A stretch of DNA of 64,000 bases from Malacoraja senta. Its lineage: Eukaryota. The DNA lies in assembly GCA_038087875.1 (NCBI GenBank), contig CM075988.1:6822001-6886000 (forward strand), read 5' to 3'. Below, in pieces: positions 1 to 13,185 of the stretch. Position numbers and translations under genes: made by a program. The notes beneath the pieces are model-generated. The model did not search any database. It was not told where the DNA came from and saw nothing but the letters and a program-made list of their open reading frames with translations. Each line of letters opens with the position of its first letter. Position 1 is the first letter of the stretch.

Positions 1-385
1 TTGGCACCTTCTGGAGGCCTGCCAGGCCCCAGATGCCAGGCCCCAGATGCGGAGCCCGCATCTGGGCCTGGCTTGGCGTCATGGAGGCGTCTGGAGAGGA
101 CCCGGCAGCGATAGTGGAGATGTCGATGCGGCACTCGATGATGGCGCCACGACTGACGGACGAGGAAGTGACGAGGCCGCTGCCGGGGGAAGGAACAAAG
201 GAGGACCCCGTGTGGACCGTCCGCCGTGAGGGAGGGGGGAGAACAATGGACAATGGGGGACCCAGCAGGGGGTACTTTGTAACTTTGTCAGCGGCCTTTA
301 TGGGTGACTACTTGCATACCTTGGATATGCAAGCAAAGAATTTCACTGTGACCTATGACATGACAATAAAATATTCATTCATTCA
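1..385 (+). mobile_element. 3' part of an unclassified non-LTR retroposon (GC-rich body, GAATTTCACTG..TGACAATAAA, (ATTC)n tail)
   Basis: Homologous to the minus-strand copy at 26650-27300 (shared ..GGACCCAGCGGCGATAGTGGAGA.. body and tail). Confidence 0.7.
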
Positions 386-489
386 AGGATTTAAGCATCT
401 GTATGAATACTTGAATCACCCAAGGCACAGAATACTATGGACTCAGTGCTGGTCAATGGAATTACTCTATAATACCCCCTCCCCAGGCT

Positions 490-1220
490 TTAGTTTAGTC
501 TATTATCGCATGTACCGAGGTACAGTGACATTTTTTGCAGCATGCTATCCAATCTGCTGAAAGACAATACATGATTACAATTGTGTACTAAAGTCAGGGG
601 CTGGGGGGGTGGGGGTATCATAAAATCATTGAACACTTCAACCCGCCATGTCCATGCCGACCATTAAGTGGCCATCTGCGCTATTCCCATTTACCGTGCA
701 TGGTGTATAGATACATGATAAGGAAAATAATGTTCTAGTGCAAGATAAAGTCTAGTAATGTCTGTTTAGAGATAGCCCGAAGGTCCCATTAGGTAGATAT
801 TAGTTCAGAACTACCTCTCTAGTTGTTGGTAGAATAGTTCAGTTGCCTGATAGCAGCTGGGAAAGAAACTGTCTCTGAATCTGATGGTGTGCGTTTTTCA
901 CACTTCCTGTACCTCTTGCCTGATGGGAGAGGGGAGAAGAAGGAGTGATCGGGTTGAACTCATCCTTGATCAAGCTGGTGGCCTTGCTGTGGCAGCCTGA
1001 AGTGTAATTGAGTTGAATTGGAAGGGAGGTCGGTTTGTGTGATGGTCTGGGCTGCATCCACAATTCTCTGCAATTTCTTGTGGTCTTGGATGGAGCTGTT
1101 CCCAAACCCATGCTGTGATGCATCCCGACCAAATGCTTTCTATGGCGCATCTGTAGAGTTGGTGAGAGTTGACGGGGACATGCCAAACTTCCTAAGCCTT
1201 CTAAGGAAGTATTTGCATTA
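490..1220 (-). mobile_element. Rex1-clade LINE 3' fragment (degenerate ORF2 C-terminus and 3'UTR)
   Basis: Minus strand gives frameshifted YFLRRLRKFGMS..FYRCAIESI..WFGNSS-type peptide and (CTAAA)n tail. Same family as 45170-45965. Confidence 0.8.
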
Positions 1221-1724
1221 AACAGCATTGATGGTAGAGTTGCAGAAAAGCAGCTCTATCTGCAAAATTTAATTCATAATTACTAGCATTGGCTTTCCAT
1301 AGCCAGCTCTGCCTCCCTCGGGGAGGCCAGGCTGTTGGACGGACCTTCTGTGTCATAAATTCTTCACGTGGGTAGATTCAAAACAAGTCATAAAATATAA
1401 AGTTGGCTAAGTCTGAGCTGTAATCTGAGTCCCGCTGCCAAATCGAACCTTGCAGACCGAGCAGTCTTCCCCACTATCCCCAAGGGCTCCAATGCTGCCA
1501 AGAGCAGTGACTGGTCGAGAATAAATCTCCACCTCTGTTGTCGCCAAGTCACATCGCAGAGAAACACTGAGAAACAGAGTAGTGCGTGTATATAGTATAC
1601 ACTGGTTTCTGCTCTGTGTTAGATGGCCTCTCGTGCATATTTCAGCCATATTTAGATGTGGAGTCGAGGCTCGGAGCTTTAATAAAGAGGACGCATAACG
1701 AGGTAAATGTTAGTCTCACTTACA

Positions 1725-2032
1725 CCTGGTAGAGCTGCTGCCTCACAGCGCAATCGATCTGGGTTCGTTCCTGACCTCGAGTGCTGTCCATGTGGTGATT
1801 GCACGTTCTCCCTGTGACAACATGAGTTTCCTCTGGGTGCTCCTGTTTCCTCCCACATCCCAAAGATGTGCAGGTTTTGTAGGTTAATTGGTCCTCTGTA
1901 AAATTACCCGCGGGTGTGTCGGAAGTGAATGAGAAAGTGGATAACCTAGAACTAGTGTGAGTGTGTGATTGATGGTTGGTGTGGACTCATTGGGCAAAAG
2001 GACCTGCTTCTATGCTGAATCTCTAAACTAAA
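1725..2032 (+). mobile_element. HE1-like tRNA-derived V-SINE
   Basis: tRNA-like head (TGGTAGAG..GGTTCG), V-core GGGTGCTCC.GTTTCCTCCCACA and CR1-like tail ending (CTAAA)n. Confidence 0.85.
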
Positions 2033-2267
2033 CACAATTAGCTTATAATACTGGTGGAAGAAATATCTGCCAATCCCTGGTTATGTCAATGTGGCATTTA
2101 GAATTTATCTTCAAGATGTGGCATATGTTGGACTAACTATACTGAGCAACATCAGCAAAGATGATTTGAAAGTGTTTCATTGATATATTGAATGAAATGT
2201 GAAATGCTTTACATATGAAAGAAACTTCATTGGTAAATCAAGTAGTGAGAGTTGGTGTGTCATTCAG

Positions 2268-2580
2268 GTTTAGTTTAGTTTAGTGATACAGAGCGGATCA
2301 GAACCTTCGGCCCACTGAATCCACGCCGACCTGCGAACACGCACACTAACACTGTCCTACACACACGAGGGACAATTTACAATTTTACCAAAGCCAATTA
2401 GCCTACAAACCTGTACATTTTTGGAGTGTGGGAGGAAACTGGAGCGTCTGGAGAAAACCCGCGCTGGTCACGGGCAGAACATACAAATTCCGTACAGACA
2501 GTACCCGTCATCAGGATCGAACCTGGGTCTCTAGTGCTGTAAGGCAGCAACGCTACCGCTACGGCACCATGCCGCCCCAT
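2268..2580 (-). mobile_element. HE1-like V-SINE
   Basis: Full-length reverse-complement copy with (TTTAG)n tail. Confidence 0.9.
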
Positions 2581-3169
2581 GCAAGACCTGCTGTGTTGTC
2601 TGAAATATCTTCAGTCTGAAACACAATGAAAATCTACCCCATGCTTTAGAATTTGATGCCCTCTGTGCTTTTAGAATCAATTACTGTGTGACAGTAGGAA
2701 AGTGCGTTAACTTCCGATTGACATCACTGCACTGTGCTGCCATGTCTCCAGTGACATGGGGATATTTTGGATTAAATGTCCAGTGCTTTATCCTCAATCC
2801 CGAGCTGAATTTCAATTCGTACTGAAGGAAGTCTCTAGTTTGTGGGCAGTCGGAATGACTCACTGTATTGAGCATCTTCACTCAACCTCAGGTAGTTGAG
2901 GCAGGTAATATCACAACGTTTAAAAAACATTTGTACAGGTACATGGATAGGAAAGGTTAGGCGTGTTATGGGCCAAATGCAGTCAGGTGGGGCTAGTATA
3001 GATGGGGTATGTTGGTCAGTGTGGGCAAGTTGGGCATAGGTGTCTATGCTTCAAAGGAGACATCTGCTCAGGCGGTGCACTGTTGTGTTATGAACCTGAC
3101 ACTCTGCTGGTGCTGCTGAAGCGAGGATATTGGCATCTCAACACTGCACATAGTTACGCGACCCCCGAG

Positions 3170-3500
3170 CAAATATAATGGTTCAGAAATAGGTGACTGG
3201 GGGTAGGATTATCAAATAGACTTATCGCTTTCAATCTCCTTTCCTCTTCTCTTTTGTTTCTCTTTTCTTTCTTTCTTCTCTTCTCTTATTCTCTTTTTTT
3301 TTCTAGGGCTATTTTGCTATCTCACGCAACACTTCATCTCAATCTTTCCTTTTGTAATCTTTAATTTCTTATTTTGCTTCATTATTAAATTAAAAATAAG
3401 AAGTTGTATATGAAATGTAATATGTCAATAAGTATTAGGTACTTTGGTACCACATTATTGTACTTCTAAAAAATAAATTAAAAAAAACACAAACAAAAAA
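3170..3500 (+). mobile_element. L1/Tx1-type LINE 3'UTR fragment
   Basis: Pyrimidine-rich 3'UTR and TTGTACTTCTAA..AATAAATT A-rich end resemble the 3' end of the element at 7100-8460. Confidence 0.5.
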
Positions 3501-4103
3501 ACACTGCGCAGCTGGTAGTGAAGCGCAGAGGCCACATGCAGAGGCTGCACCTGAGGCCTGGTGTGGGATGGGCTGACGTGAATGGTACAGCTGCTGAGAG
3601 CCGGGATGTGGGGCTCAGGTCTGGACCCTGGCTGGCACAGTGAGCGCAGCTATCACCTGCTGGAGATGGTGGGACCTGTGGCCTCTCCTCAGCCTGGGGA
3701 CTACTCTCTGGTAACAAGCACAACACTGGTCAGTGGACACTTGAGAGGACTTTGGTTTCACTCACCACATAAAACAGGCATTTCTGAAATTCCTTCAGTA
3801 CTGTACAGCTCAGGTTTGGGATAAGTTTGGACCAACAACCTTCTGAGTCAGAAGCAGGATCTAATACTGAGGCTAGATGATTTTCCTTCAAATTTTATAA
3901 ACCTGATCACTCAACTAATAAGCTAGTTCTGGGGTTTTTCACTATTTAAATCAATTGATTGATTACAAAATAACATGGAAACAAGCCCTTCGGCCCACCG
4001 AGTGTTTGCCGACCATCGATCATCCATTCACACGAGTTCTATGATATCCCACTTTTACATTCACTCCCTGCACACTGGGGGTAATTTGCAGAGAGTCAAT
4101 TAA

Positions 4104-4480
4104 CCCAGCGAGCAGCTGCGAACAGGCCCGACTCACCCGCACTCTCGGATGACAGACGAGGTCTCGGCCCACTAGCGAAGGGTCGAGGTCGGGCCGGGCC
4201 GGGCTGAGGACGAGGATGGGTCGGAGCCTCAAGGTCAAGCCGAGGTCAGTTCCAGGCTGAGGTCATGTTGGGCTGAGGACAAGGTGTCTCGAGGCCGGGC
4301 CGGATTGAACGGGCCACATCACCGAGAACTAAGGGGGACCAAGAACGGATGAGCACTTTTTGTAACTTTGTCAGGGCCACTCTCTGTGGCCACTCTTTTG
4401 TGTACTTTGCATGCAAAAACTACGTATTTCACTGCACCTAGCTCGGTATAAGTGACAATAAAGTATCATCATCATGATTA
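4104..4480 (+). mobile_element. GC-rich non-LTR retroposon 3' end inserted into an HE1-like SINE
   Basis: Ends ATTTCACTGCAC..TGACAATAAAGTATCATCATCAT. Flanked by SINE pieces (3977-4103, and AACCTACAAACC at ~4483). Confidence 0.6.
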
Positions 4481-4663
4481 TCAACCTACAAACCAAGGAA
4501 CGTTTTGGTATTAGGGCATCTAGGAGGGATGTGGTGCATAAATAAAACCAGAGAGATTCTACAGCACAGTACAAATTTAGCTCCAATTAGTTTTGGAACA
4601 ATGCCCTGCACTGTGAGATAGCCGGTAGTGTAAATGCTGCCTCATCCAAGGCTTCAGCGTTAC

Positions 4664-4763
4664 CTCCATGTTGGTGAGGTTCATGTTGAGCTCCTGGAGT
4701 CGTGCTGTCCGCCAGTCCTCAGCTGTGCTTGTTATGTAGTTGTCAGTCAGAGCATCCCAGATC
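4664..4763 (-). CDS. FEZ1: FEZ family gene, second coding exon (100 nt)
   Basis: Acceptor TTGTTGCAG|G and donor GAG|GTAACG. Its first G completes the GA|G (Glu) codon from the 21079 exon. Encodes IWDALTDNYITSTAEDWRTARLQELNMNLTNME, similar to FEZ1 VWDALTDNYIPSLSEDWRDPNIEALNGN. Confidence 0.92.
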
Positions 4764-5009
4764 CTGCAACAAACAAGGTCATTGTTAGTGGTCAGCAGCC
4801 CACGGCCTAGCCCCACGCCGGGATCACAAGTGCCCATTGTCACTGCACAGAGGAGCTGCATCCACGGCCACAGGCAACTGCGCCTAACAATCAGCACCTT
4901 TAATCCGACTGCCAGCAACGTTTCTTTCCCTCATCCAAAGTGGGGCGCCGCACCTCGATCTCAGGTACAATAAGCAGGAGGAAAGATCGCATCCAACAGC
5001 TTATCGCTG

Positions 5010-5245
5010 ACAAAAAAGGACACAAAGTGCTGGAGTAACTAAATTGGTCGGGCAGCATCTCTGTGATAAATAACGTTTCAGATCTTCTTCAGCATCTGAA
5101 GATCTGAAAATCATTCGTGAGCGTCTGAAAAAGAAACGTCACCTATCCATATTCTCTGGAGATGCTGCCTGACCCGCTGAGTTACTCCAGCACTTTGTGT
5201 CCTTTAGTGTACTAACCAGCATCTGCAGCTCCTGGTTTCTACATT
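5010..5245. mobile_element. Palindromic Penelope-like pLTR cassette (degenerate hammerhead)
   Basis: Inverted arms GACACAAAGTGCTGGAGTAACT / AGTTACTCCAGCACTTTGTGTC. Confidence 0.7.
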
Positions 5246-5449
5246 ACTAACAAAGACTATCTTTCTGCTCTAACCCACCCTTCGTGCTCTCCACCTCTCT
5301 CACTTCCTGTCTTACTCTACAGCTTCCCCTGCCACTCCCTGTGCCAGTCCCCCTCTACTCCACCCCAAATCTATTCAACTTTCTCCCCCATGCAAATGGC
5401 TCCAACGCCACACTTGCAGGTTTATTCGTCGACTTCCTCCGTCTTGGTT

Positions 5450-5745
5450 TGTTTTTTAGTATAGAGATACAGCACGGAAACAGGCCCTTCGGCCCACCGA
5501 GTCCGCACCGACCAGCGATCCCCGTCTATCCTACGCACACTCGGGACAATTTACATGAATAGCGAACCAATTAACCTGCAAACCTGTACAGCTTTGGAGT
5601 GTGGGAAATCTGGAGCACCCGGGGAAAACCCACGCAGGTCACGGGGAGAACGTACAAACTGCGTACACACGGCACCCGAGGTCAGGATTGAACCTGGGTC
5701 TCTGGCGCTGTATGGCAGCAACTTTTCATCTGCCCCACCATGCCA
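5450..5745 (-). mobile_element. HE1-like V-SINE
   Basis: Reverse-complement copy of the SINE consensus. Confidence 0.88.
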
Positions 5746-6403
5746 CTCTCCAGTCCATGCTGCTAAGGCAAAGATCTGACCGTTTGTGGGCTGCTAGTTT
5801 CAAACTGATAGATAGCTCGAGGATGGAAAGGATTATTCCTCCCCCCACCCCCCCCCCCCCACTCCAGTGCAAGATGCTACCTCCGTACCTCCACCGCCCC
5901 TTGTTCCCGCATTGCCCATTCTGACTTCATGCTATTTCTCCACCTAATATCTTTAAGGTTCAGTAGTTGCCGATTTATTTTTTTGCTGGCAACTTCTTTT
6001 AAACACAACTACGTTCTTGGTATTTCGATCTTCAGAGTAACAGACCGGTTCCCTTCCCAAAGCACAAAACAAAATTAACTAGGCTCAGATGATCAATTAA
6101 CCATAAGCATCAGGCGCTATGTGTCTTCAGCATAAAATCTCTTGTTAATGTTATCTTTTAAAACAAGCTCCGAGCAAAGTGCACTCTTAATCCCTCCACA
6201 TGCCTGCCTTGGATCCTCACACAAGCAGTTGTTGTTGTACCTCACAAAATATCCTGGGGCATTTCAACTCCGCAATATGAAAAATAATTGCGCTTCTCTG
6301 CATGAAATTATGAATTTCTATAAACTGTGACTTTGGTTGCATATGGGCCTCTGTTTGTGCACTATTATGGCCACCCGGTATACTGTTATTATACCTAGGA
6401 TAC

Positions 6404-6770
6404 GGCACAGTGGTGCAGCGGTAGAGTTGCTGCCTCACAGCACCAGAGACCTGGGTTCGATCCTGACTGAGGGTGCTGTCTGTATGGATTTTATATGTTC
6501 TCCGGGTGACTACGTGGGTTTTCTCCGGGTGCTCCGGTTTCCTCCCACGCTCCAAAGACATACATGTTTTTAGGTTAATTGGCTTCTGCAACTTGCCCTT
6601 AGTGTGTAGGATAGAAATAGTGTCACCTCGGACCCTGTGGATTAAAGGGCCTGTTTTCTTGCTGTATCTCTGAACTAACTTAAACTGAACTAATGTACGG
6701 ATGATTGTGTGCCAGCAAGGACTTGGTGGGCTGAAGGGCCTGCTTCCACGCTGTATATCTAAACTAAAGT
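6404..6770 (+). mobile_element. HE1-like V-SINE with duplicated 3' tail
   Basis: Head GGCACAGTGGTGCAGCGGTAGAGTTGCTGCC. Two successive AAGGGCCTG..GCTGTAT tails (~6645-6690 and ~6730-6770). Confidence 0.85.
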
Positions 6771-7099
6771 AATTAGGGTATTGTTTTTTTTGTTAATGAT
6801 TACGTTTTATCTGGGTCTATTGCATTTACAGTCCTGCTCTGCTTCCAAGTAAGAGTTTCACTGTTCTGTTGTTGGTACATATGATAATGAAACTCTCTTG
6901 ATATGACTCTCGGTAAGTTTTAGAAGGCAAGATCATATGGCTGTCATTTCAACAACATGCGATTAATTTAATGTGAGGTTAAGCATAACGGTTAACTAAC
7001 ATTCAGAACATAGTTCGTGCAGCTCTTTGAACAAACCACTGTCAGAAAGTTCTGTCAATATCTCAATATTATTAACAATGGTTTCAGATTCCACTCTGC

Positions 7100-8460
7100 A
7101 TTTTTCTTTTACTTCTAGATTCTTTTTTTTATTTTAATTTTAATTTTATTAGAAGTAAGTACAATTGTATACAATCATATTTTCATAATGCAAATTATGT
7201 ACAGCTTCTTATTTTTATAATAAAGGAGAAAAAGAAAAATAAGTTAGATAATGAAAAATAGAAAAATGTGAGATATATAGTGTGTGAAAAAGAAAAATAG
7301 AGAGTGAAAGAAGAAAATTAAGAAATAGAAAATAGAAAAAATAAAATAAAAGAAGAAAAAGAAAGAAAAAGAGAAGTAAGGAGATCTTATTTATAATCTT
7401 GACCATCCCTCGCCCAGTCACGAATTAGCTTTTACAATTGTGTTGCACCACATGATTCCAAAAAGACGACAAATGGAGACCAACTCGTTGTGAATTGGTC
7501 AAATTTATCTATTAGGAGGAATCGCATTTCCTCAAGATGTGCGGTGTCCAACATACTTGCAATCCACATTTTGAGCGTTGGTATTGGTGTATTTTTCCAA
7601 AATTTCAATATTAATTTTTTTGCGATTATTAAACCATAATTAAAAAATAATTTTTGAGATGGATTCAATTTATTCCCATCTTCTATTACCCCAAATATAA
7701 TCAATTCATTATTAGGTTCCATTTTTATCTTAAATAATTTTGTGAATATTTCAAAAATATCACTCCAAAATCTATGAAGTTTTATACAGGAAACAAAAGA
7801 GTGTGTTATAGTTGCATCGTGGGTTAAACATTTATCGCAAGTGGGGGATATATTTGGATAAAATTTATTTAATCTTGTTTTTGAGTAATACAATCTATGT
7901 AAAATTTTAAATTGAATTAGATTATGTCTTGCATTAATCGAACATTTGTGAATGTATGTCAAATACTTTTCCCATGTAACCTTCGTAATTTTTATCGTTA
8001 ATTCCCGTTCCCACTCTTCTCTAATTACCTCAGTCGCAGGTAAATCTATATTTAAAATACTATTATATAAATATGATATTCATTTTTGTGTATCAGCTGT
8101 AATATTCATTACTTCTTCCAATAAATCAGGAGTTATTTTTTGATATCCCTGTATATATGTCTTCAAAAAATTGCAAATCTGAAAATATTTAAAATAATGA
8201 TTGTTTTTCAGTTTAAATTTTAATTGTAATTGTTGAAATGATAGTAAATCTCCCATTTCATACATGTCCCCAATCCTTTTAATTCCTAAACTTTCCCATT
8301 GATTATATGTTTTGTCCATCATAGATCGTTTAAATAAAGGATTATTCGCTATCGGTGTTAACAATGATAGGTTTCTTAATTTTAAGGATAATTTTATTTG
8401 TTTCCATATTCTTATTGTATCTTGTATAATTGGGTTCTTCTTATATATTGTATCTTATAT
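7100..8460 (-). mobile_element. L1/Tx1-clade LINE, 5'-truncated (ORF2 C-terminus, 3'UTR, A-rich tail)
   Basis: ORFs 8080-8364 and 7432-7962: LIQFKILHRLYYS..PTCDKC..ITHSFVSC..FW zinc knuckle and LILKFWK, typical of fish L1 ORF2 ends. Confidence 0.88.
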
Positions 8461-10699
8461 ATTGTATTGTTCATTTTTTTCGGGGAGAAGAGGATCGTTC
8501 CTATATTACAAGGGTAACAATCCTCTTTCTCCTTCTGAACTGAATCACACGGCAGCTGCAGACTTCAACTCACTGACCTGGTTTCTACATTAATTATCTT
8601 CTCAAAAGTACCATAATAGGTCCCTGTGGGCTGATGAAAATCTTGTCCAATAAATATGTGGATTCAGTCCCCTGGGTGTCTAGTATAAGCTCCGTGAATC
8701 CCACCAGTAACTACCATCTTTGTCAGCAGGGTTCAGGCACTTGTTCGTACGAACATAAACAACTGGTTTCCCACCGGTGTTGGTGGTGACTCATTTCAGG
8801 GGTGAATTCCCAGTCATCCGATCCAAGGCAACCACCAAAGTCTGCTTTGAAACAAACACAGCAAAGGTTCAGTCTGAAGAAGAGCCATGACCAGAAATGT
8901 CACTGGTCCAAGTTCTCCAGCGATGCTGCCTGACCTGCTGCGATACTCCAGCACCTTTTGTCCCCCTGTGTAAACCAGTGTGTGCAGTTCCTTGTTTCCA
9001 CATAAAGGGTGCAAATATTCAACATTTGTGGGGAATAACTTGCATATTGACTGGAATGACATTCTGTAGTTGGTTGGGGAGAGCTACAACATGGGGTATA
9101 AACTCTGAAGTTAGGATACTTAAAAAAAAAGATTAACTGCGATGAAGTCAGTCTGTTTGAGACTGTGGATGGTGACGTTCCTGTGACACAAGGCAGTAAC
9201 CTGGGGACAGGTAGGATAGCGAGGGCCAGGATCAGATGGGGAGCTGTTGAAGGGCATTTGGAGGCAAGATAAGGCTGTGATGAACGTGGCGATCCCATGG
9301 TTAAAGGTCGCAGGTGGTTGGGAAGAGAACAGAGGGTGGTGCAGATTGGTGGAAGAGATCCAGATTTGGGGAAAATATTAGACACCAGAACTAAGCAAAT
9401 GATGAATAGTAGGTTGGTGTGAGGCACCACGAGTCACAGGCGGGAATTAAAAAATAGAAAGTGAGATTATATTGGATTAATGGGTGATCGATGGTTGTCA
9501 CAGACTTGATGGGCTGAAGGGTCTGCCTCCGTGCTGTATCTCCAAGACTCCAAAGCACAGAAGGCTGTGGAGGCCTAGTCAATGGATATTTTTAAGGCAG
9601 AGATAGAGATATTCTTGGTTATTACGGGTGTCAGGGGTTGTGGGGAGAAGGCAGGAGAATGGGATTGAGAGGGAAAGATAGATCAGTCACGATTGAATGG
9701 CAGAGTAGACTCGATGGGCCGAATGGCCTAATTCTGCTCCTATCACTGATGAACTCAATATCTTCCTGATTGCCTTCCTAAATGGCCTGGCTCACGTTTT
9801 AAGATTGCATTGTTCATTTGTGAACTTTCCCATCAGAGAATTAGTTGCATTTACAGTATCCTATCAAAACCTTTTAATTGCTTCGCCCATCAGTCAGTCT
9901 CCTGTTCTCCAGGGCATAGCAAGCATGTTTATGCAAATGTTTATTGCTCAGGTTTACTTAGGGATGATTCTAATTTGGAAAAGTTATCTGGAGGCCACAG
10001 AAAGAGTGAGTCAGCAGAAGCTGACTAATGGGAAATTATGCTTTTGAAGGTCAGCACTTATTGCATTCATTTACTGTCCCTCTGCCCACAGTTCTAATGG
10101 AGATGCTAACTCTCATCAACCTATCCATTAACATAATGGCCAGTGATTCTTCATGCTTTAAGCGTTTGTCACTAATCATTGCTCAGTACAATCTCAAGGC
10201 TTGATGTCCATCAAGCCCATTAAAACACTATTATATTCTCGGTCGTGACAAAGTGCTCTTTACCAACTTGGATTACTAGATCCACAGGAGAAGTAGAAAG
10301 CAGAAGGAAGATGAAGATGAGATTTATTTTTCTTGAAAACGATAGATAAAGGAGAACTGGATGAGTTCCATTACAAAATGCAATAAAATTGTCATTTTTT
10401 ACTCTGGGCAATGCTCCCATCCATAACAACAGGGTTATCTGTCTCATAATATCCTGCTGGCAATTGATAATATCCCAGAACATCATGCGTCCAGCCTTCA
10501 TGTTGACGTTATTAAGAGACAAAAGTTTATTGTTTACTCTCCCTGGACTTTGAATGTCGATTCTGATCCATGTATTAGCAAAAGCTTGAGGCTCGCGTTG
10601 AATTGTTTGAGGAATACATTGGGACATGATCAGGATTTGCCATTCATTTTTGCCCACTCTCTGCAAGGCAGTCCGTCAGGATCGAGGATGAATTGAGTA

Positions 10700-11760
10700 G
10701 AGTCATAGAGTGATACAGTGTGGAAACAGGCCCTTCGGCCCAACCTGCCCACACCGGCCAACATGTCCCAGCTTCACTAGTCCCACCTGCCTGTGCTTGG
10801 TCCATATCCCTCCAAACTTGTCCTATTCTAACTGTTTCTTAAACGTTGGGATAGTCCCAGCCTCAACTACCTCCTCTGGCAGCTTGATCCATACCCCCAC
10901 CACCCTTTGTGTGATGGATGTACAGAAGAGGAATAGTAGCAGAGGAATATCATGATGTAGATTTATAGGACTTTGGCTACAGGAAGACGAGTAATGGGTG
11001 ACCAGAACTGCATGCATTACTCCAAAGCGAGGATGAATTGATCCATGTGAGGAGTGGAAGATGCCCCTATTTGTAAAGAACACAGAGCATAGAAAGGTAC
11101 AACATGGAATCAGGCCCTTCGGCCTGTGCCGAACATGATGCCTAGACCAACCCTTATCTGCCTACACATAATCCACATTCCTCTATTCCCTGCACATCCA
11201 TGTGCTTATCCACAAGTCTCTTAAATGCCACTATCCCATCTGTCTCCACCACTAGCCCATCAGAGAATTCCAGTCACTCACTATCCTCTGTGCAAAAAAA
11301 CATGCCCTGCAATTCTCCTTCATACTTTGCCCCTCTCAACATAAACTTATGCCCTGGTATTTGATATTTCCATCCTTGGAACTAGGTTCTGACTGTCTAA
11401 CTTATCTAATCCTCTCATAATTTAAAAAACTTCTATCAAGTCTCCCAGCAAACTCCGCCATTTCAGAGCAAACAATCTATGTCTGTCCAACCTCTCCCTG
11501 TAGCTAATATCCTCTAATCCAGATATCATTCTGGTAAACCTCCTCTATATCCTTTCCAAAGCCTTCCTGTAATGGATGACCAGAAATGCAAGCAATACTC
11601 CAAATACGGCCTCACCAACGTCCGACAAAGCTGCATCATGATATTCCTCTTCCACTCAATGCCTGACTAATGACGGCAAGCATTCTTCACCACTGTATCT
11701 ACTCGTGCTGCCACTTGCAGGGAGTTATCGACTTGGATCCCACGATCCCACTGTACAACA
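10700..11760 (-). mobile_element. CR1-clade LINE 3' fragments (10700-10910 and 11085-11760)
   Basis: QRVVGVWIKLPEEVVEAGTIPTFKKQL motif and GGCCGAAGGGCCTG tail. Confidence 0.75.
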
Positions 11761-11779
11761 ATGCTTTTACATTCTCTGC

Positions 11780-11977
11780 CTGACCTGTGTGGATTTTCTC
11801 CGGGATCTCCTGTTTCCTCCCACACTCCAAAGCCGTAAAGGTTTGTAGGTTAATTGGCTTTGTAAAATTGTAAATTCTCCCTAGTATGTGTAGGATGGCG
11901 TTAGTGTGCGGGGATTGCTGGTCGGCGCGTACTCAGGTGGCCGAAGGGCATGTTTCCATGTTGTATCTCCAAACTAA
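11780..11977 (+). mobile_element. HE1-like V-SINE, 5'-truncated
   Basis: V-core and tail present. Confidence 0.8.
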
Positions 11978-12809
11978 GCTCTGCTCTAAATGGATGTTGT
12001 TTTTTTAAAGTATGACCCAAATTCTAGATTACCCCATAAATGGAAATATAATTTCCACATCTCAACCATGACACATCAGGATCTCATGTGTTTCCCTCGC
12101 CCTCTTCTAACCAGAGGATGCACGTGCCCTGTCTAGCTCATCCTCCTGAGGCAACCCAGATCCGTTTCGTAAACCCCTGAACTGCTGGTACCTGGTTTAG
12201 CAAAGGAAATATGAACAGCGGTTTCACAAGTAGTTTGCACAGGGCTGTAGCTTCACAACCCTACGATGCAAGGGTCCCATTGGAGAAAGTGCCCGTGTGT
12301 TAATTAATGCATGCCATCAGACAGTATTATTCTCCATTCACGAGCATGACTACAGGTACAGAATCAGTCAGGGCTGGGGAATAGAACAGACTTTGAATGC
12401 CAATCCAAAATTAGTGTTATCAAATCAACTGATCAAGAATCTCTCCTGATTTGGGGAAACTGATGGAGAATTACAATAGTTGACTGATTAAAAATTACTC
12501 ACATTACACGATTCGTTATGGTCCCAATTCCCTCAAATGTGTTGCAGGAACTACCAAATAAAATATTCCCCAGAACATAACTACTGTATCATGACTAAAA
12601 GGCAAGGTGCTGTTGGAACTCAGCTAGTCAGGCAGCATCTGTGGAGGGAAATGGACAGTTGGCATTTTGGTTTGAGACCCTTGGTCTGGATTGAAGGAGT
12701 AGAAAAGAGATTGCTTGATTGAATCGACTGAAAGATTCAGCATGGAAACAGGCTCTTCGGCCCACCCAAGTCCATGCTGACCATCGTTCACACAAGTACT
12801 ATGTATTCC

Positions 12810-13185
12810 CAGTAGCTAGTATAAAGAGGTGATGGAGAAGGCTGGGGCAAGGGCTGGTAGGATGTCGGTGGACCCAAGTGAGGAAGGGTTGATGGCACAT
12901 AGTCAGATGGGAGAGGGAAGGTTTGAGATAGCAACAGAGGTGGGGAGGTGACAAATGGACACACCAAACTGCTGCAATTTTTGGAATCTGACAAGAAAGG
13001 GATGAGGGATGATGATGGAGAGATGCGATCAGTGTCCCCCTCCCTGGCTTGAGTCTGAAGAAGGGTCTCCACTTGAAACATCACCTATTCCTTTTCTCCA
13101 GAGATGCTGCCTGATCTGCTGAGTTACTCCAGCACTTTGTGTCTATCTTCGGTGTAAACCAGCATCTGCACTTCATTCTTACACA
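12810..13185. mobile_element. Penelope-like fragments with hammerhead-like motif at ~13055
   Basis: CTGAAGAAGGGTCTCCACTTGAAACATC followed by AGATGCTGCCTGATCTGCTGAGTTACTCCAGC. Confidence 0.65.

Noticed and set aside
33..560. 175-aa ORF
   Set aside because: It runs across a GC-rich retroposon end, its tail and a Rex1 tail. No protein motif.
10220..10666. 148-aa minus-strand ORF in the FEZ intron
   Set aside because: Non-ATG start, no recognisable domain, no convincing splice sites. The flanking FEZ exons join without it.
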